Positions 63,495 to 64,000 of a stretch of 64,000 bases of DNA are shown in pieces (position 1 is the stretch's first letter; each line of letters opens with the position of its first letter). A model generated the notes under the pieces. It saw only the letters and a list, made by a program, of their open reading frames with translations, made no database searches and was not told where the DNA came from. This stretch comes from an uncultured Candidatus Saccharibacteria bacterium (GTDB lineage: Bacteria; Patescibacteriota; Minisyncoccia; Phycocordibacterales; UBA9973), in contig CAZKJE010000001.1 of the NCBI GenBank assembly GCA_964553015.1, forward strand, positions 6,110-70,109, written 5' to 3'. Made by a program: the position numbers and the translations under genes.

Positions 63495-63571
63495 ACCCCG
63501 TAGTGAATTTTGGAAATGCCTCTAAGGCGTGATTTTTCTAAAAATCACCTTTCCAAAATCTACTACTGGGT
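63495..63571. repeat. Intergenic branched palindrome (MITE/REPIN-like)
   Basis: Outer ACCCCGTAGTGAATTTTGGAAA...TTTCCAAAATCTACTACTGGGT enclosing two small hairpins (GCCTCTAAGGC, GTGATTTTTCTAAAAATCAC). Confidence 0.7.
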
Positions 63572-63999
63572 CACATCTTGGTCATGATGAGCCAATGTTC
63601 AGCTAAATCAGAAGTTTTTTCGTCAGTCTCAAAACCAAGATCCGTAATTAGCTTTGTAAAAGCATTATTTCTGTCGTCGGTACCAGTCCAAAATTTAATA
63701 TTAATGAAATATCTTTTGTAAAAATCAATAACAAATTTGCCGAAATTTTTCATCATTCCTCTTCCTCGAAAATTGGGATACGAGCGAAAAGATATCGTGT
63801 GCCAATCGCTGTCGGTTTTGCCTTCCTCTTTACCGCCAAATTTTATAGATTTCTTGCCGAGCGGTTTTGGCCCAAACCAGATTATCGCCGCCAAGGTATC
63901 GGTTTGTTTATGGATAAGGCCAAAAGGGGTGCGATTTTTCTTGTACCAATGCTCGTATGTTTTCTCTACAAAGCGCCGCCTGTCGCCGGTAAAGTTTTG
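63571..63999 (-). CDS. GNAT-like hypothetical protein, 5' end beyond the window
   Basis: Frame open to the window edge (QNFTGDRRRF...); FRGRGMMK acetyl-CoA-binding-like motif, N.AF.KL...LGF. Confidence 0.6.
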   Translation of the reverse strand, partial: QNFTGDRRRFVEKTYEHWYKKNRTPFGLIHKQTDTLAAIIWFGPKPLGKKSIKFGGKEEGKTDSDWHTISFRSYPNFRGRGMMKNFGKFVIDFYKRYFINIKFWTGTDDRNNAFTKLITDLGFETDEKTSDLAEHWLIMTKM

Positions 64000-64000
64000 C

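Overview
Gene-dense, AT-rich chromosomal window, most likely from a Patescibacteria/CPR bacterium (Parcubacteria-like). This is inferred from compact and truncated core proteins, tRNAs that mostly lack an encoded CCA, and pervasive leaderless gene starts. It carries translation genes (gatB, obg, lysS, greA, rpsU, ybeY, tsaD, valS, lepA, leuS, ychF), division and wall genes (mraZ-rsmH-ftsL-like-ftsI-murF, ftsA, ftsZ, ftsB-like, murJ), 7 tRNAs, redox and catabolic genes, and a CsoR/CopA copper locus. Orphan genes with their own promoters, Shine-Dalgarno (SD) sites and hairpins are scattered between these. The main unexplained signal is a REP-associated HUH/Y1 tyrosine transposase (38006-38671). 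It is bracketed by a 23-bp palindrome that also occurs inside its own ORF and, in frame, inside an unrelated methyltransferase 13 kb away. About a dozen other short palindromes from several families sit in frame inside core genes (gatB, obg, murF, gdh, tsaD, lepA, leuS), where they appear to add short Gly/Pro/Arg-rich peptide loops. Other notable items are a DGR-target-like orphan, a dispersed GNRA-hairpin/terminator motif, a Nudix domain inside LeuS and a shortened YchF. All family calls are by motif recognition only; no searches were run.
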